A DNA stretch of 36,185 nucleotides, from assembly GCF_001194135.2 (NCBI RefSeq), contig NC_068991.1:21044798-21080982 (forward strand), in the 5' to 3' direction. A program made the translations under genes and the position numbers. The notes under the pieces were generated by a model. The model was not told where the DNA came from, searched no databases, and saw nothing but the letters and a program-made list of their open reading frames with translations. Below, piece after piece: positions 35,895 through 36,185 of the stretch; the first letter of the stretch is position 1, and each line of letters starts with the position of its first letter. This stretch comes from Octopus bimaculoides (taxonomy: Eukaryota).

Positions 35895-36185
35895 GGAGGC
35901 GCAATGGCCCAGTGGTTAGGGCAGCGGACTCGCAGTCATAGGATCGCAGTTTCGATTCCAAGACCGGGCCTTGTGAGTGTTTATTGAGCGAAAACACATA
36001 AAGCTCCACGAGGCTCCGACAAGGGATGGTGGTGAACCCTGCTGTACTCTTCCACCACAAATTTCTCTCACTCTTACTTCCTGTTTCTGTTGTGCCTGTA
36101 ATTCAAAGGGCCAGCCTTGTCACGCTGAATATCCCCGAGAACTACGTTAAGGGTACACGTGTCTGTGGAGTGCTCAGCCACTTGC
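35895..36185 (+). mobile_element. tRNA-derived SINE, family D (cut by the window end)
   Basis: ggaggcgcaatggcccagtggttagg (A box) and agtttcgattcc (B box), followed by a body unlike families A, B, C and E. Confidence 0.78.

Overview
Eukaryotic, AT-rich, microsatellite-dense genomic DNA with 11 N-gaps (about 4 kb). The repeat landscape suggests a cephalopod such as Octopus; this is inferred, not proven. The window holds two paralogous, intron-rich SLC22-family (MFS organic ion transporter) genes arranged tail-to-tail. Gene A is on the + strand (last 6 coding exons, 409-10293; 5' part lies upstream of the window). Gene B is on the - strand (9 coding exons, 33418-13796; the first exon with the start codon and TM1 was not located). 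All exons were rebuilt by hand from AG/GT sites and phase continuity, and most are missing from the ORF track. Introns and the intergenic spacer contain at least five tRNA-derived SINE families, a full-length but decayed DD36E Tc1-type transposon, two rosa/maT-like mariner remnants, a MITE, a Penelope GIY-YIG fragment and a Tx1/L1-like RT fragment. Most notable observations: a tRNA-headed SINE carrying a minimal Penelope-type hammerhead ribozyme motif, a remodelled substrate pocket in both transporters, two SINE insertions sharing one target site, a 184-bp near-perfect palindrome inserted in a transposase, and the DD36E element. No prokaryotic-type systems (CRISPR, operons) are present.
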